Shown here: piece by piece, positions 30,044 to 39,534 of the stretch
How positions within the stretch are numbered: position 1 is the stretch's first letter
How the letters are laid out: each line of letters opens with the position of its first letter
From: a bacterium
GTDB taxonomy: Bacteria > Bacillota_I > Bacilli_A > RF39 > UBA660
NCBI GenBank assembly: GCA_044432745.1
Contig: JAWXUH010000005.1
Coordinates: 29,672 to 93,671 of the forward strand
DNA: 64,000 nt
Direction: 5' to 3'
Notes under the pieces: generated by a model
What the model was told of the DNA's origin: nothing
Seen by the model: only the letters and a program-made list of their open reading frames with translations
Databases searched by the model: none
Made by a program: the position numbers and the translations under genes

Positions 30044-32599
30044 TCACTGTTTTTCTTTTTCATCTTTTTCTAATAATTCCTTTAAAATAAATATTTGATT
30101 AATTGCCTCCATTGGAGTAATATTTAGTACATCTATTTTTTTTAGGATATCATTTATTTTATTGGTTTCTTCTTTTTTTTCGTCAAAAGACATAGCTAAT
30201 TGTATATTGGTTGTTGTCTTTTTTGGTTTAACTGATTGATTTTCATAACAAAATAATATTTCACTTGCTCTTTTTATCAATTCAGATGGCATGTTTGCAA
30301 GTACTGCAACATGTATACCATAACTTTTATCTACTGGTCCACTTTTTATCTTATGTAAAAATGTTATAGAGTCTCCATCTTCAACAGCAGATACGTGTAT
30401 ATTTTTTACATTTTTTAAATCTTTATCTATATTAGTAAGTTCGTGATAATGCGTAGAAAACAATGTAAAACATTTAATGTTTTTACTAACATATTCTAAT
30501 ATCGCTTTTGCAAGAGACATACCATCATATGTAGCTGTTCCTCTTCCAAGTTCATCAAATAATATTAAACTATTTTCAGTCGCGTTGATTATAGCATTTT
30601 TAGCTTCTTTCATTTCTACCATAAATGTAGATTCTCCACTTACTAAATCATCCGATGCACCTATTCTAGTAAATATTTTATCTATTACAGATAATTCTGC
30701 TGCTTTTGCAGGTACAAAAGATCCTATTTGAGCCATTATCACTATTATCGCAAGTTGTCTCATATAAGTAGACTTACCTGACATATTTGGTCCTGTTAAT
30801 AAGAGAGTACTTGAGTTTGGATCCATAAAACAATCATTTGGTACATATTCATTTTTACTTACTACCTCTACTACTGGATGTCTTCCATCTATAATATTGA
30901 TTACTTTTTGATCATTTAACTTTGGTCTTACTAATTTATATACATCAGCGCACTCTGCAAGTGCTGCTAATACATCTATTTCACTTAGTACGCTAGCAGT
31001 TTCTCTTAATTTAACACATTCTTCCTTTACTTTTTCTTTTATTTCACAAAATAATTCATATTCTAAACTTACTATTTTTTCTTCTGCTCCTAATATGATA
31101 CTTTCTTTTTCTTTTAATAAAGGAGATGTATATCTCTCACAGTTTGCTAGTGTTTGTTTTCTTTCAAAGTTATATTCATCTTTTACTTCTTTTACTGAAC
31201 CTTTTGATACTTCTATATAATATCCGAAGATTTTATTATAACCTACTTTTAAATTTTTAATACCTGTTTCTTCTTTTATTTCTTTTTCAAAGTTTATTAT
31301 AAAGTCTTTACCACCTGATCTTATTTGTTTTATTTCATCAAGTTTGAAACTATATCCTTCTTTTATTATAGAACCTTCCTTTATACTTATTGGTGGTTCT
31401 TCACTTATTGAAGATTCTAACAATTTATATAATTCTTCATGTACTTCAAAATTATATTTAAATTTTAAATCTTTTATTATCTTTTCTATATCAGGTAATA
31501 CTTTTAAACTTTTTTTAATTTGTAGTAAATCTCTTGCATTTAAAGAACCATTTATTACTTTACCTACTAATCTTTCTAAATCATATACCTCGTATAAATT
31601 GTTCCTCAATTCAGTTTTTAATATAAACTCTGTATTCAACTTTTCTATTTTATCGTATCTACTATTTAGTTCCTTCATATTTTTTATTGGATTTAGTATC
31701 CAAGTTTTTAATTTTCTTGAACCTGGTGCAGTTTTTGTTTTATCTAATAACCATAATAATGAGTATTCTCTTTCTTTTAATCTTAAAGTTTCTACTATTT
31801 CTAGATTACGAACTGAATGTATATCTAACTCTAAATAATCTAGTTTATTTTTTTCTTCTACTTTATTAACATGATCTAAGTTTTTTAGTAATTTATTTTC
31901 TAAATAATAAAATAAATGTTTTACCCCTAATGCTATTCTAGCATCTATGTTTTCTAAAAATTCTGGTGATTTACCTGATACTTCTTTTGAATATATTACA
32001 TCTATCTTATATTTATTTTTTAATGTATCTATTAATTCTGCATCCAAATTATCTATAAAAATTATTTCTTTTATATTTAAATTAAGTATTTCATTTTTTA
32101 ATTTTTCTTCATCTAAATTAATTTTAATTGCTGAAAGATTTCCAGTTGATATGTCTAAATATGTTAATAAATGCATATCTGCAAACGTTAATATACTTGC
32201 TATATACACTTCACTACCTGAATCTAACATCTCAAAATCAGCTATAGTTGCCTTACTTACTACACTTAATACTTTACGTTCTACAACTTTATTTTCTCCT
32301 ATCGTATCAAGTTGTTCTCCTATAGCTACTTTGTATCCCTTATTTACTAACTTTTCTATGTAACCTTTTGCACTGTGATGTGGTACACCACACATTGGAA
32401 CTTTTTCTTCTAAACCTGCGTTTTTACCTGTTAATGTTAACTCTACTTCTCTTGATGTTGTAATTGCATCTTCAAAGAACAGTTCATAAAAATCTCCAAG
32501 TCTAAAAAATAAAAGTTCATCTTTATAATTCTCTTTTATCTCTACATATTGTCTCATCATTGGACTTAATTTCGTTTTATCTACTTCACATAACTTCAT
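30044..32599 (-). CDS. mutS: DNA mismatch repair protein MutS
   Basis: FFRLGDFYELF, TGPNMSGKSTYMRQ, DELGRGT, STHYHEL. Confidence 0.99.
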   Translation of the reverse strand: MKLCEVDKTKLSPMMRQYVEIKENYKDELLFFRLGDFYELFFEDAITTSREVELTLTGKNAGLEEKVPMCGVPHHSAKGYIEKLVNKGYKVAIGEQLDTIGENKVVERKVLSVVSKATIADFEMLDSGSEVYIASILTFADMHLLTYLDISTGNLSAIKINLDEEKLKNEILNLNIKEIIFIDNLDAELIDTLKNKYKIDVIYSKEVSGKSPEFLENIDARIALGVKHLFYYLENKLLKNLDHVNKVEEKNKLDYLELDIHSVRNLEIVETLRLKEREYSLLWLLDKTKTAPGSRKLKTWILNPIKNMKELNSRYDKIEKLNTEFILKTELRNNLYEVYDLERLVGKVINGSLNARDLLQIKKSLKVLPDIEKIIKDLKFKYNFEVHEELYKLLESSISEEPPISIKEGSIIKEGYSFKLDEIKQIRSGGKDFIINFEKEIKEETGIKNLKVGYNKIFGYYIEVSKGSVKEVKDEYNFERKQTLANCERYTSPLLKEKESIILGAEEKIVSLEYELFCEIKEKVKEECVKLRETASVLSEIDVLAALAECADVYKLVRPKLNDQKVINIIDGRHPVVEVVSKNEYVPNDCFMDPNSSTLLLTGPNMSGKSTYMRQLAIIVIMAQIGSFVPAKAAELSVIDKIFTRIGASDDLVSGESTFMVEMKEAKNAIINATENSLILFDELGRGTATYDGMSLAKAILEYVSKNIKCFTLFSTHYHELTNIDKDLKNVKNIHVSAVEDGDSITFLHKIKSGPVDKSYGIHVAVLANMPSELIKRASEILFCYENQSVKPKKTTTNIQLAMSFDEKKEETNKINDILKKIDVLNITPMEAINQIFILKELLEKDEKEKQ

Positions 32600-32688
32600 A
32601 AAATTTATTTTATCAAATTTTGTAGATAAAAGCTATATAATTTATCATTTTATATATTATTTCAAAAAAAAAACTTTTTTAAAAAGTT

Positions 32689-33651
32689 TTATCTATCAAT
32701 TCTTGTAAATCCTAATGATATTAACAATGATGCTATATTATCATCTTTTTCAATTTTGTCATCTAAATATGGAACATTTGAAAATATATCTCTTCCACAT
32801 TCTTTTTCAAAATCTTTAATATCACCTTTTGTTAAAGCACACATATTTAAAATAATTTTTTCATCTTTTAAGTTACTAAACACTTTAGGTTGATGTTTAA
32901 TTAATTTATTTAATTTAATTATTCCTGGTTCTATCAAATATATTACTTCATCGCAATATGTTGTTGCATCCCCATTTAAATCTATCAAAACTACTTCTTC
33001 ATCCATGCTATCTGCAAGTTTTCCTTGAATACCTTGAGAATTTGTAGATTGCATTTTTTTATCTAAGAAGAAACCAAAATCATTTTTATTTACTTCGTAG
33101 TAAACTACTTTGTAATCTCTTTCTAGATGTTTTTTTAATAAATATCCTAAAGTTGTTGCTCCAGCATGTTCTGTTACGTTTTGTATTCCAAGTACTCTTC
33201 TTGAAATTTCTCCTCTTGATGAATCTCTATTTACATCATCATTAAATTTTAATATTTTTACATTTTTATTTTCTAAATTTTGATATCCTGCTACATCCTT
33301 GTATGCATTTGGTTGATCTATTAAAAATTTAACTGTATCAACTTTTCTTGTGAAATTATATATTCCAAAAGTTACTAATTTAGACAAATATTCTGGAGAA
33401 TTAACTTTTTCAGAATCATCTAATAATAATATAACTTTTGACATATCTAAATTTAAAGAAAGTGCCTGTATTACGTCTATATTCTCATAACCTTGTAATG
33501 CAGTTACATCAATAATCAATTTATTATAAAAGAAATTTTTATATAAATTGATTATTTCTGATGCTTCAAAAACACCAAATGATGTTTTTATAACATCTAT
33601 TTCTGAGCTTCCTAGAAGCGTTTGATATTTATTTGCTATAATTACGTTCAT
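32689..33651 (-). CDS. TadZ/CpaE-like pilus localisation protein (receiver-like plus degenerate ParA/MinD)
   Basis: VLGIQNVTEHAGATT deviant Walker A and VVLIDL. Last gene of the Tad operon. Confidence 0.6.
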   Translation of the reverse strand: MNVIIANKYQTLLGSSEIDVIKTSFGVFEASEIINLYKNFFYNKLIIDVTALQGYENIDVIQALSLNLDMSKVILLLDDSEKVNSPEYLSKLVTFGIYNFTRKVDTVKFLIDQPNAYKDVAGYQNLENKNVKILKFNDDVNRDSSRGEISRRVLGIQNVTEHAGATTLGYLLKKHLERDYKVVYYEVNKNDFGFFLDKKMQSTNSQGIQGKLADSMDEEVVLIDLNGDATTYCDEVIYLIEPGIIKLNKLIKHQPKVFSNLKDEKIILNMCALTKGDIKDFEKECGRDIFSNVPYLDDKIEKDDNIASLLISLGFTRIDR

Positions 33652-33670
33652 TTTTTTCTCCTATATATAT

Positions 33671-34114
33671 TTAACTAATATTTATATAATCTCCACTTGA
33701 TGAAGATATTATTATATTATTTGTTTGTCCTATTATTCTAAAATCAAGTATATTCCCTATAACTGGTAAATTAAATTTATAGAACAATATTATATTATAT
33801 TTTTTTCCAGTTTGTTGAATACAATATAATGATTTTGATGCTCCCAAAGATCCAGTTCCATCAGAACTAGTTACTCCGTAGTAATCATCTGGACATTGAC
33901 CTCTATTTAGATATCCACTAGCTCCTAAATATGTCAATATTAACTTTTCGGACTTTGTAGTATATCCTTCGTATTTTTGTAATATTGATATCACATCATT
34001 CTTGTTAGCATACACTCCCGAATAATTTAATGACAATACTAAAAAAGTTGAAAACATCATTATAAATGTTAGTACAAGACCGAATATCCAAGTAGTACCC
34101 ATTGATTCTCTCAT
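33671..34114 (-). CDS. TadE/F-like pseudopilin
   Basis: MRESMG plus hydrophobic helix, Cys pair, C-terminal FYKFNLPVI..I..F.I.G.T shared with its neighbour. Confidence 0.6.
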   Translation of the reverse strand: MRESMGTTWIFGLVLTFIMMFSTFLVLSLNYSGVYANKNDVISILQKYEGYTTKSEKLILTYLGASGYLNRGQCPDDYYGVTSSDGTGSLGASKSLYCIQQTGKKYNIILFYKFNLPVIGNILDFRIIGQTNNIIISSSSGDYINIS

Positions 34115-34117
34115 TTT

Positions 34118-34627
34118 TTATACCTCACATAAGTCACTAAAGATCATTTTTGTTTCACCCATTATTTTAAAACTAAATATTTGGTTTATAACTGGTATAT
34201 CTAATTTATAAAATACAATTGTTGAATAATAACAACCTTTATCTTTTTCTCCTGCCGCATATGTATAATTATCGACCAAATTTTCTGTAAAATCTACATT
34301 AACTCTTTTTAAACATATCGATGAGGCATTTGAACTTATTGATCCTCCCCTATCCAATGATGTATAACCATCTGGACAAGTACCAACAGTCCTATAAGCG
34401 GCAGAAGTTACTGCAGCTACTATTTCATCTAAAGCTTCATTTGTTGCTGTACTTTCTGCTGTGTTATTTAGGTCTATTCCATTATAATCTTCTATAATTG
34501 TTATTATCATATCTTTTACTTGATATGCATTTGTTCTATTTATAGTCAAACACATTATCCCAGTAAATAATAATATAAACAATATTACTATATTAAATAA
34601 TAACATTCCTCCGTACGATTCTTTCAT
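34118..34627 (-). CDS. TadE/F-like pseudopilin
   Basis: MKESYG plus hydrophobic helix, G.CP..Y, FYKLDIPVI..I..F.I.G.T. Confidence 0.6.
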   Translation of the reverse strand: MKESYGGMLLFNIVILFILLFTGIMCLTINRTNAYQVKDMIITIIEDYNGIDLNNTAESTATNEALDEIVAAVTSAAYRTVGTCPDGYTSLDRGGSISSNASSICLKRVNVDFTENLVDNYTYAAGEKDKGCYYSTIVFYKLDIPVINQIFSFKIMGETKMIFSDLCEV

Positions 34628-34630
34628 TTT

Positions 34631-34855
34631 CTACCCCTTATATATACAATCAAATTCTTTTTCATTTAAAGTACATTTCACTGTTGTACAATTATTTCCT
34701 GTACAATTTTCACATATTGCATCGGCACATTTAGTATCTACATCAATACTTTGATTTATTCTAGGCCATAAAATTGTGAAAAAAAAGGCAGCAAATGCTG
34801 CAACTGCTATTACAGTAATAACTGTTGAATTTAATTCTGCTGTTGCTTCTTTCAT
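34631..34855 (-). CDS. Flp-like pilin with Cys-rich C-terminus
   Basis: 74 aa. MKEATAELN plus TM plus WP, six Cys. Inside the Tad operon. Confidence 0.65.
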   Translation of the reverse strand: MKEATAELNSTVITVIAVAAFAAFFFTILWPRINQSIDVDTKCADAICENCTGNNCTTVKCTLNEKEFDCIYKG

Positions 34856-34883
34856 TTTTTATTACCTTTCTTGTTTTGATATA

Positions 34884-35150
34884 TTAACTTCCGCTTCCGC
34901 TTCCTGCCACATCATTAGATTGATCATTTATTTGACATTCTATACTAGCTTCGTCTCCAGATTCATTTCTATATGTACATTTATTTACGCCACCTTCTTG
35001 TGAACAATTATAAGCTGTTGCACAATATGTACTTTGCTTAATACTTGTTTGAATTGTTGGCCAAACTATAGCGTAGAAAAACGCACCTACTGCTGCTATT
35101 GCTACTACTGTAACAACTGTCATATTTAATTCTCCTGTTGCTTCTTTCAT
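34884..35150 (-). CDS. Flp-like pilin (probable major pilin)
   Basis: 88 aa. MKEATGELN plus TM plus WP, four Cys. Strong AAGGAGG SD and its own TG-TATAAT promoter. Confidence 0.65.
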   Translation of the reverse strand: MKEATGELNMTVVTVVAIAAVGAFFYAIVWPTIQTSIKQSTYCATAYNCSQEGGVNKCTYRNESGDEASIECQINDQSNDVAGSGSGS

Positions 35151-35226
35151 TTTTATCTTCCTCCTTTATTGTATTTATTATACCATATATTTTTTAAAAA
35201 TCAAATAGTTTTTTATTAAATACATA

Positions 35227-36015
35227 CTACCCACTCATCATTTGAAGAACTGCTAGTATTAATAAAACCATAAGTCCAAGTCCTGTTCCAATCAACATCG
35301 ACATTGTTTTACCTTCCATTTTTTCAAGTCTATTTTTATATAACGTTTCTCTTGCTTTTTGTTGTAAATTTGAAATAGTTTTTGAAAACGTTAATAATTG
35401 CTCTTGTTTTCTTTCTTGTTTACCTAATGATAAACGATAAAGTAAACGCATCATACGCATCGAATCTCTTACCGGATATTTTTTTGCAAAATTCATATAA
35501 GGATCAATACTCGAATTACCCGAATTAATTTCTTTTATAAGATCATTTAACCCGTCCCTAAATATTTCTGGTGCTCCATCTATTGACTTACCTATTGCTA
35601 CTGGAACCGTATAATGTTGTATTAATATTTCTAAGTTTTTTAAATAATGTGGTAACATCTCATCAATATTATGTAAATTTCTTTTGTAGTGACCCTTAAC
35701 ATTACTATAACCATTTTTGTACGTAAAATAACCTACTATTAGCGATAATATTACTGTTATTGATGAAAAATTTCCAATTAATATAAATTGTATCGCAAAA
35801 GTTGTTATCAAACCATCTCTAACTCTTTGATTAAAAAGAGCATTTGGACTAATTTTATCTCCATATTTAGCATATACATAGAAATCAAAATCATCTTCTT
35901 TTAATTTTCTAAATATTGCTTCATTATCACTTACTAATTGACCTATACTTAATTGTCCTGTTATAGTCATACCTGTAAATACAAGTACCACAATAATAAA
36001 TATTTCTATTTGCAT
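35227..36015 (-). CDS. tadC: TadC-like platform membrane protein
   Basis: TM pair, T2SSF-like helical region (LP.YL..L..L), C-terminal TM. Follows the tadB-like gene. Confidence 0.65.
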   Translation of the reverse strand: MQIEIFIIVVLVFTGMTITGQLSIGQLVSDNEAIFRKLKEDDFDFYVYAKYGDKISPNALFNQRVRDGLITTFAIQFILIGNFSSITVILSLIVGYFTYKNGYSNVKGHYKRNLHNIDEMLPHYLKNLEILIQHYTVPVAIGKSIDGAPEIFRDGLNDLIKEINSGNSSIDPYMNFAKKYPVRDSMRMMRLLYRLSLGKQERKQEQLLTFSKTISNLQQKARETLYKNRLEKMEGKTMSMLIGTGLGLMVLLILAVLQMMSG

Positions 36016-36917
36016 TATTCGGCACCTACATTCTCATTGTAATATTTTTCTCCTGATAATAGGAAATACGCATTTACAAAACATATTGTATGTAAAATTA
36101 ATTCTACATACCATGATTGAATCAATTCTAAGTAACTATCCATTCCAAGCATGTATTGCATTACTATAACTAGTACATATAGTACTAAACCAAATTTTAT
36201 AAATCTTCCATGGAATTGCTTCCTATCAAGCTGATCTCTATATACACCTTCTACAAGCGCATCTATATCCATCGCCATGTTTTCTAAAGCTTGTCCTGAA
36301 TCTCTAGCACCTTCTTTTGTTATCTGTAAGAATAATTGATTCATATTTTTTACCATATAGTATGGGTATTTCTCATTAAAATATGCTACTGATTCATCTA
36401 TAGTACCATTTTTATATGATAAATCTATCATTTCACTTACATCTGAAGCTACCGGATCTTCTAAAATACCTGAATCTCTAACACCCTCTAAAGATTTAAC
36501 AAAACTTTGCGTTGTATTAAATTCCATAATTACATTTGTTGTATATATCTGTACTTGTTCGAATAAAAACTCACTATATATTCGTTTAGTTCTTAAATAT
36601 GCCAAATACGGTATGAACGAAACTGCCATAATTGCATAAAGTGATGCTATTATCAAACTATGAAAATATGCAAATCCTATACCACCAGCTACACCTGCAA
36701 ACATTGTTATTTGAGATACATAATCTTTAAGAGTATATTCTCTTCCTAAACTTTTAGTTTTTTCTTGTACTGATGTATAAGAATACGGTGCATATTTATT
36801 ATATACTTTCGAAACATTATTACTAAAAAATTTATATGGATCTTCACCGTTATTTAATCTCGTTACAATAATAAAAATTCCTATTACTATTAAAATTAGT
36901 AATTCCATAAATATCAC
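36015..36917 (-). CDS. tadB: TadB-like platform membrane protein
   Basis: Same topology as tadC-like gene. Directly after the CpaF ATPase. Confidence 0.65.
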   Translation of the reverse strand: MIFMELLILIVIGIFIIVTRLNNGEDPYKFFSNNVSKVYNKYAPYSYTSVQEKTKSLGREYTLKDYVSQITMFAGVAGGIGFAYFHSLIIASLYAIMAVSFIPYLAYLRTKRIYSEFLFEQVQIYTTNVIMEFNTTQSFVKSLEGVRDSGILEDPVASDVSEMIDLSYKNGTIDESVAYFNEKYPYYMVKNMNQLFLQITKEGARDSGQALENMAMDIDALVEGVYRDQLDRKQFHGRFIKFGLVLYVLVIVMQYMLGMDSYLELIQSWYVELILHTICFVNAYFLLSGEKYYNENVGAE

Positions 36918-36924
36918 ACCCTTC

Positions 36925-38274
36925 TTATAATTCTTCTAGTGGTCTTGGTTGCATTGGAACTTGTCCTAAACCTTGAACCGTAGGTTGCACAGTTGATTGA
37001 GCAACTTGTTGTACTACAGGTTGCGCAGCAACTGGCATTGTTGGTTGAGCAACTTGCTGTTGCGCTACTGATTGCACTATTGGTTGAGTAACTGTTGGCA
37101 CAGAAGGTGCCACAGATTGTTCAACTACAGGTGCTACTGCTTGCTGAACTTCTTCTTTTACTTCAATTTTTTCAACAGGTGATGTTTCTTTTGTAGAACT
37201 ACCACCATTTTCTGTCATTTCTCTTTCAACAAATAAATTAGTTTCTAAGTTAACACCTTGACTTGCAAGATAATCAAACAAATAACTTGTTGGATTTTTT
37301 AAACTGTAGTTACCATCTAAATTCTTTTTATAAATTACATTATCACATGCAAAATTATCATCTGATACATAAAATTCACAAATTTCTACTATTTCACGTT
37401 GAAATCTTTCTTTTTCTTTACTATAATAACCTTTAACATGTACTGCTACTTGTACGTATCTATGTATCGATTTTAAGAATTGATCTATATCTATATTGTT
37501 TTCCATCAAACTGTATAAACGCATTGGAACATTTTTTGCTCTATCCGAGTGGATAGTAGATATAATATTATGCCCTGATGAAATCGAGTTTCTTACTGCT
37601 GTAACAGACTCAGCTGTTCTAACCTCTGATAATAAAATCCATCTTGGATTCTGTCTCATACATGCAACAAGTACATCAGAATACGATGCAACATTATTTG
37701 TTTTCATAGCTACAATATCTCTTGTTGGAAATATTTTATCCAAGTGAAGCTCTAATGTATCTTCAATTGTTATTATTTTTTCATTTTCTTTTGTTGCTGC
37801 TGTTAAGTATTTAACTAACTCTGTTTTACCAGAACCAGTTTCTCCACTTACAATAATATTACAGTGACCTTCTACACATTTAAGTAGAAAGTCATGTAGT
37901 TCTTCCATAACATATTCTTCGCTCAACAATTTATCTTTATTAAGTCTAATTTTTGCTGGAGTTTTACGAATCGTACACGATACACCGTTTGTCGATATTG
38001 AATCATGTACAAAGTTCATACGTAATTCTGCACTTTCTGCATCGAGTAGTGGATGAGCCATATTAAAGCTTGTTCCCATTGTATTTGAACATTGGAATGC
38101 AAGTTTTTCCATTAAAGCATCATTTATTTCTGGTCTCTCGACTCTATAAACACCTTTATCTAATGTTTTTACCCATACTTGTCCATGACCAGTATAACTA
38201 ATATCTGTTACATTTTCTGCTTCTAAAAACTCTTTTAGAGCTCCAAAATCTAACTGCGAGAAAGTATCATTCAT
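36925..38274 (-). CDS. tadA: TadA/CpaF pilus assembly ATPase
   Basis: TIRK, GETGSGKTE, TIEDTLEL, MRQNP.WILLSEVR, SGH...STIH. P/Q/V-rich tail. Confidence 0.9.
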   Translation of the reverse strand: MNDTFSQLDFGALKEFLEAENVTDISYTGHGQVWVKTLDKGVYRVERPEINDALMEKLAFQCSNTMGTSFNMAHPLLDAESAELRMNFVHDSISTNGVSCTIRKTPAKIRLNKDKLLSEEYVMEELHDFLLKCVEGHCNIIVSGETGSGKTELVKYLTAATKENEKIITIEDTLELHLDKIFPTRDIVAMKTNNVASYSDVLVACMRQNPRWILLSEVRTAESVTAVRNSISSGHNIISTIHSDRAKNVPMRLYSLMENNIDIDQFLKSIHRYVQVAVHVKGYYSKEKERFQREIVEICEFYVSDDNFACDNVIYKKNLDGNYSLKNPTSYLFDYLASQGVNLETNLFVEREMTENGGSSTKETSPVEKIEVKEEVQQAVAPVVEQSVAPSVPTVTQPIVQSVAQQQVAQPTMPVAAQPVVQQVAQSTVQPTVQGLGQVPMQPRPLEEL

Positions 38275-38296
38275 ATTTAAACCTCGTTTTCTTTTT

Positions 38297-39064
38297 TTAT
38301 TGTGTATCTAATGTTGCTGTATCTATAATTTTTTCTATAATAACATTTTCAACTTTTGTTGCTCCACTTTGAGTTGTATAAGCTTCATTTCTCGGAACTG
38401 GAAATATACTAAGCCCACTTACTTTTAATGCTCTTGTTAAAGTAGAAAAGGTTTCATCTGGTACTGCAAATAACAATAATGCAGATTTACCTGTATCTGT
38501 CGAAGCAAAAACATCGTTATTACCTGAATCTCTTACTGCTAATACTTCAATACTTTCTACTAATTTCCCAAAACAAATTACTCCTAATTCGTTCGGAACA
38601 GTAACATATAAGTCAATATATGTTCCTGGAAGAATTGAATTCCCATATGTAGAGTTTTCATTTACAGTTAAAGAAAACAATGTATAACCATCACTTATAT
38701 CATCAAAAACTGCATTTGGCAAACTTTCTTTTTCTACTACTTGAGAGTTATGAAATAAAGATCCTGCTACAATACTCGTTCCTGCTGCTACATATTTCCC
38801 AGATATCAGACCTGCACTTGTTATTATATCATTTTCTTTTAAGAAATCTGAATTTATTTCTACGAATTTCATATCACTTTCTTTTATAAGTTCAGTTGAC
38901 GCTATTTGTCTTGTTGCAACTGGAACCGTTATTGGACTAACTGCAGATTGAAGCCTTACATTATATGCTATATACAAAACTGCTATACCAGCAATAACTA
39001 ATAAAATAGTCATTGTATTTTTGTTTGCAACAAATCTCCTTATTCCTCCTGTTAAATTCCCCAT
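38297..39064 (-). CDS. cpaB: CpaB/RcpC (SAF-domain) pilus assembly protein
   Basis: TM, VPVATRQI SAF domain, ILPG.YIDLY, L.E.IEVLAV. Confidence 0.8.
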   Translation of the reverse strand: MGNLTGGIRRFVANKNTMTILLVIAGIAVLYIAYNVRLQSAVSPITVPVATRQIASTELIKESDMKFVEINSDFLKENDIITSAGLISGKYVAAGTSIVAGSLFHNSQVVEKESLPNAVFDDISDGYTLFSLTVNENSTYGNSILPGTYIDLYVTVPNELGVICFGKLVESIEVLAVRDSGNNDVFASTDTGKSALLLFAVPDETFSTLTRALKVSGLSIFPVPRNEAYTTQSGATKVENVIIEKIIDTATLDTQ

Positions 39065-39097
39065 TTATATCATTCCTTTCATATTTTATTTTTTATT

Positions 39098-39526
39098 TTA
39101 CGGAGTTACCGCAATTCCTTCTTTATATCCGCCTTCTAAAATTCCATCTATCGTATCTACTAAATCAAACGTAGTAGAATCACTTGCTAAATTAAAAGTT
39201 TCACTACTTGATGACACTTTTACACTAACTTTAGGAGGAGCTTCATATATCTCATAAAATTCAATAGTATATGTTGTTGCTCCACTAAATGTTTCAGACA
39301 TCCTACTTACAAACACTTCCATAAATTTTTCTTTATTCATTTTTATTTCACCATATTGTCTATAGTAACCATAATCTATTGCATCTATCATAGCTGCCTC
39401 TGCAAGTTCTTGCAACAGTGAATAACTTTGAGTATTTGCAGTTGTTACATTTTGAATCAACATCATAATAACCATTACAAATATTCCTAATAAAACTAAC
39501 CAATATCCCCAATACGCACTTTTCAT
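39098..39526 (-). CDS. Pseudopilin-like protein, copy B (resembles DUF5411 as recalled)
   Basis: MKSAYWG plus TM, then LLQE.AEAAM.DA.D, reminiscent of the TadG helix. Paralogue of 44325-44729. Confidence 0.6.
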   Translation of the reverse strand: MKSAYWGYWLVLLGIFVMVIMMLIQNVTTANTQSYSLLQELAEAAMIDAIDYGYYRQYGEIKMNKEKFMEVFVSRMSETFSGATTYTIEFYEIYEAPPKVSVKVSSSSETFNLASDSTTFDLVDTIDGILEGGYKEGIAVTP

Positions 39527-39534
39527 TTATACAC

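Noticed and set aside
36925-38274. ATPase as VirB11 of a conjugative element or ComGA competence ATPase
   Set aside because: Neighbours are CpaB, two platform proteins and Flp-like pilins. No VirB4, relaxase, integrase or ComG-type pilins.
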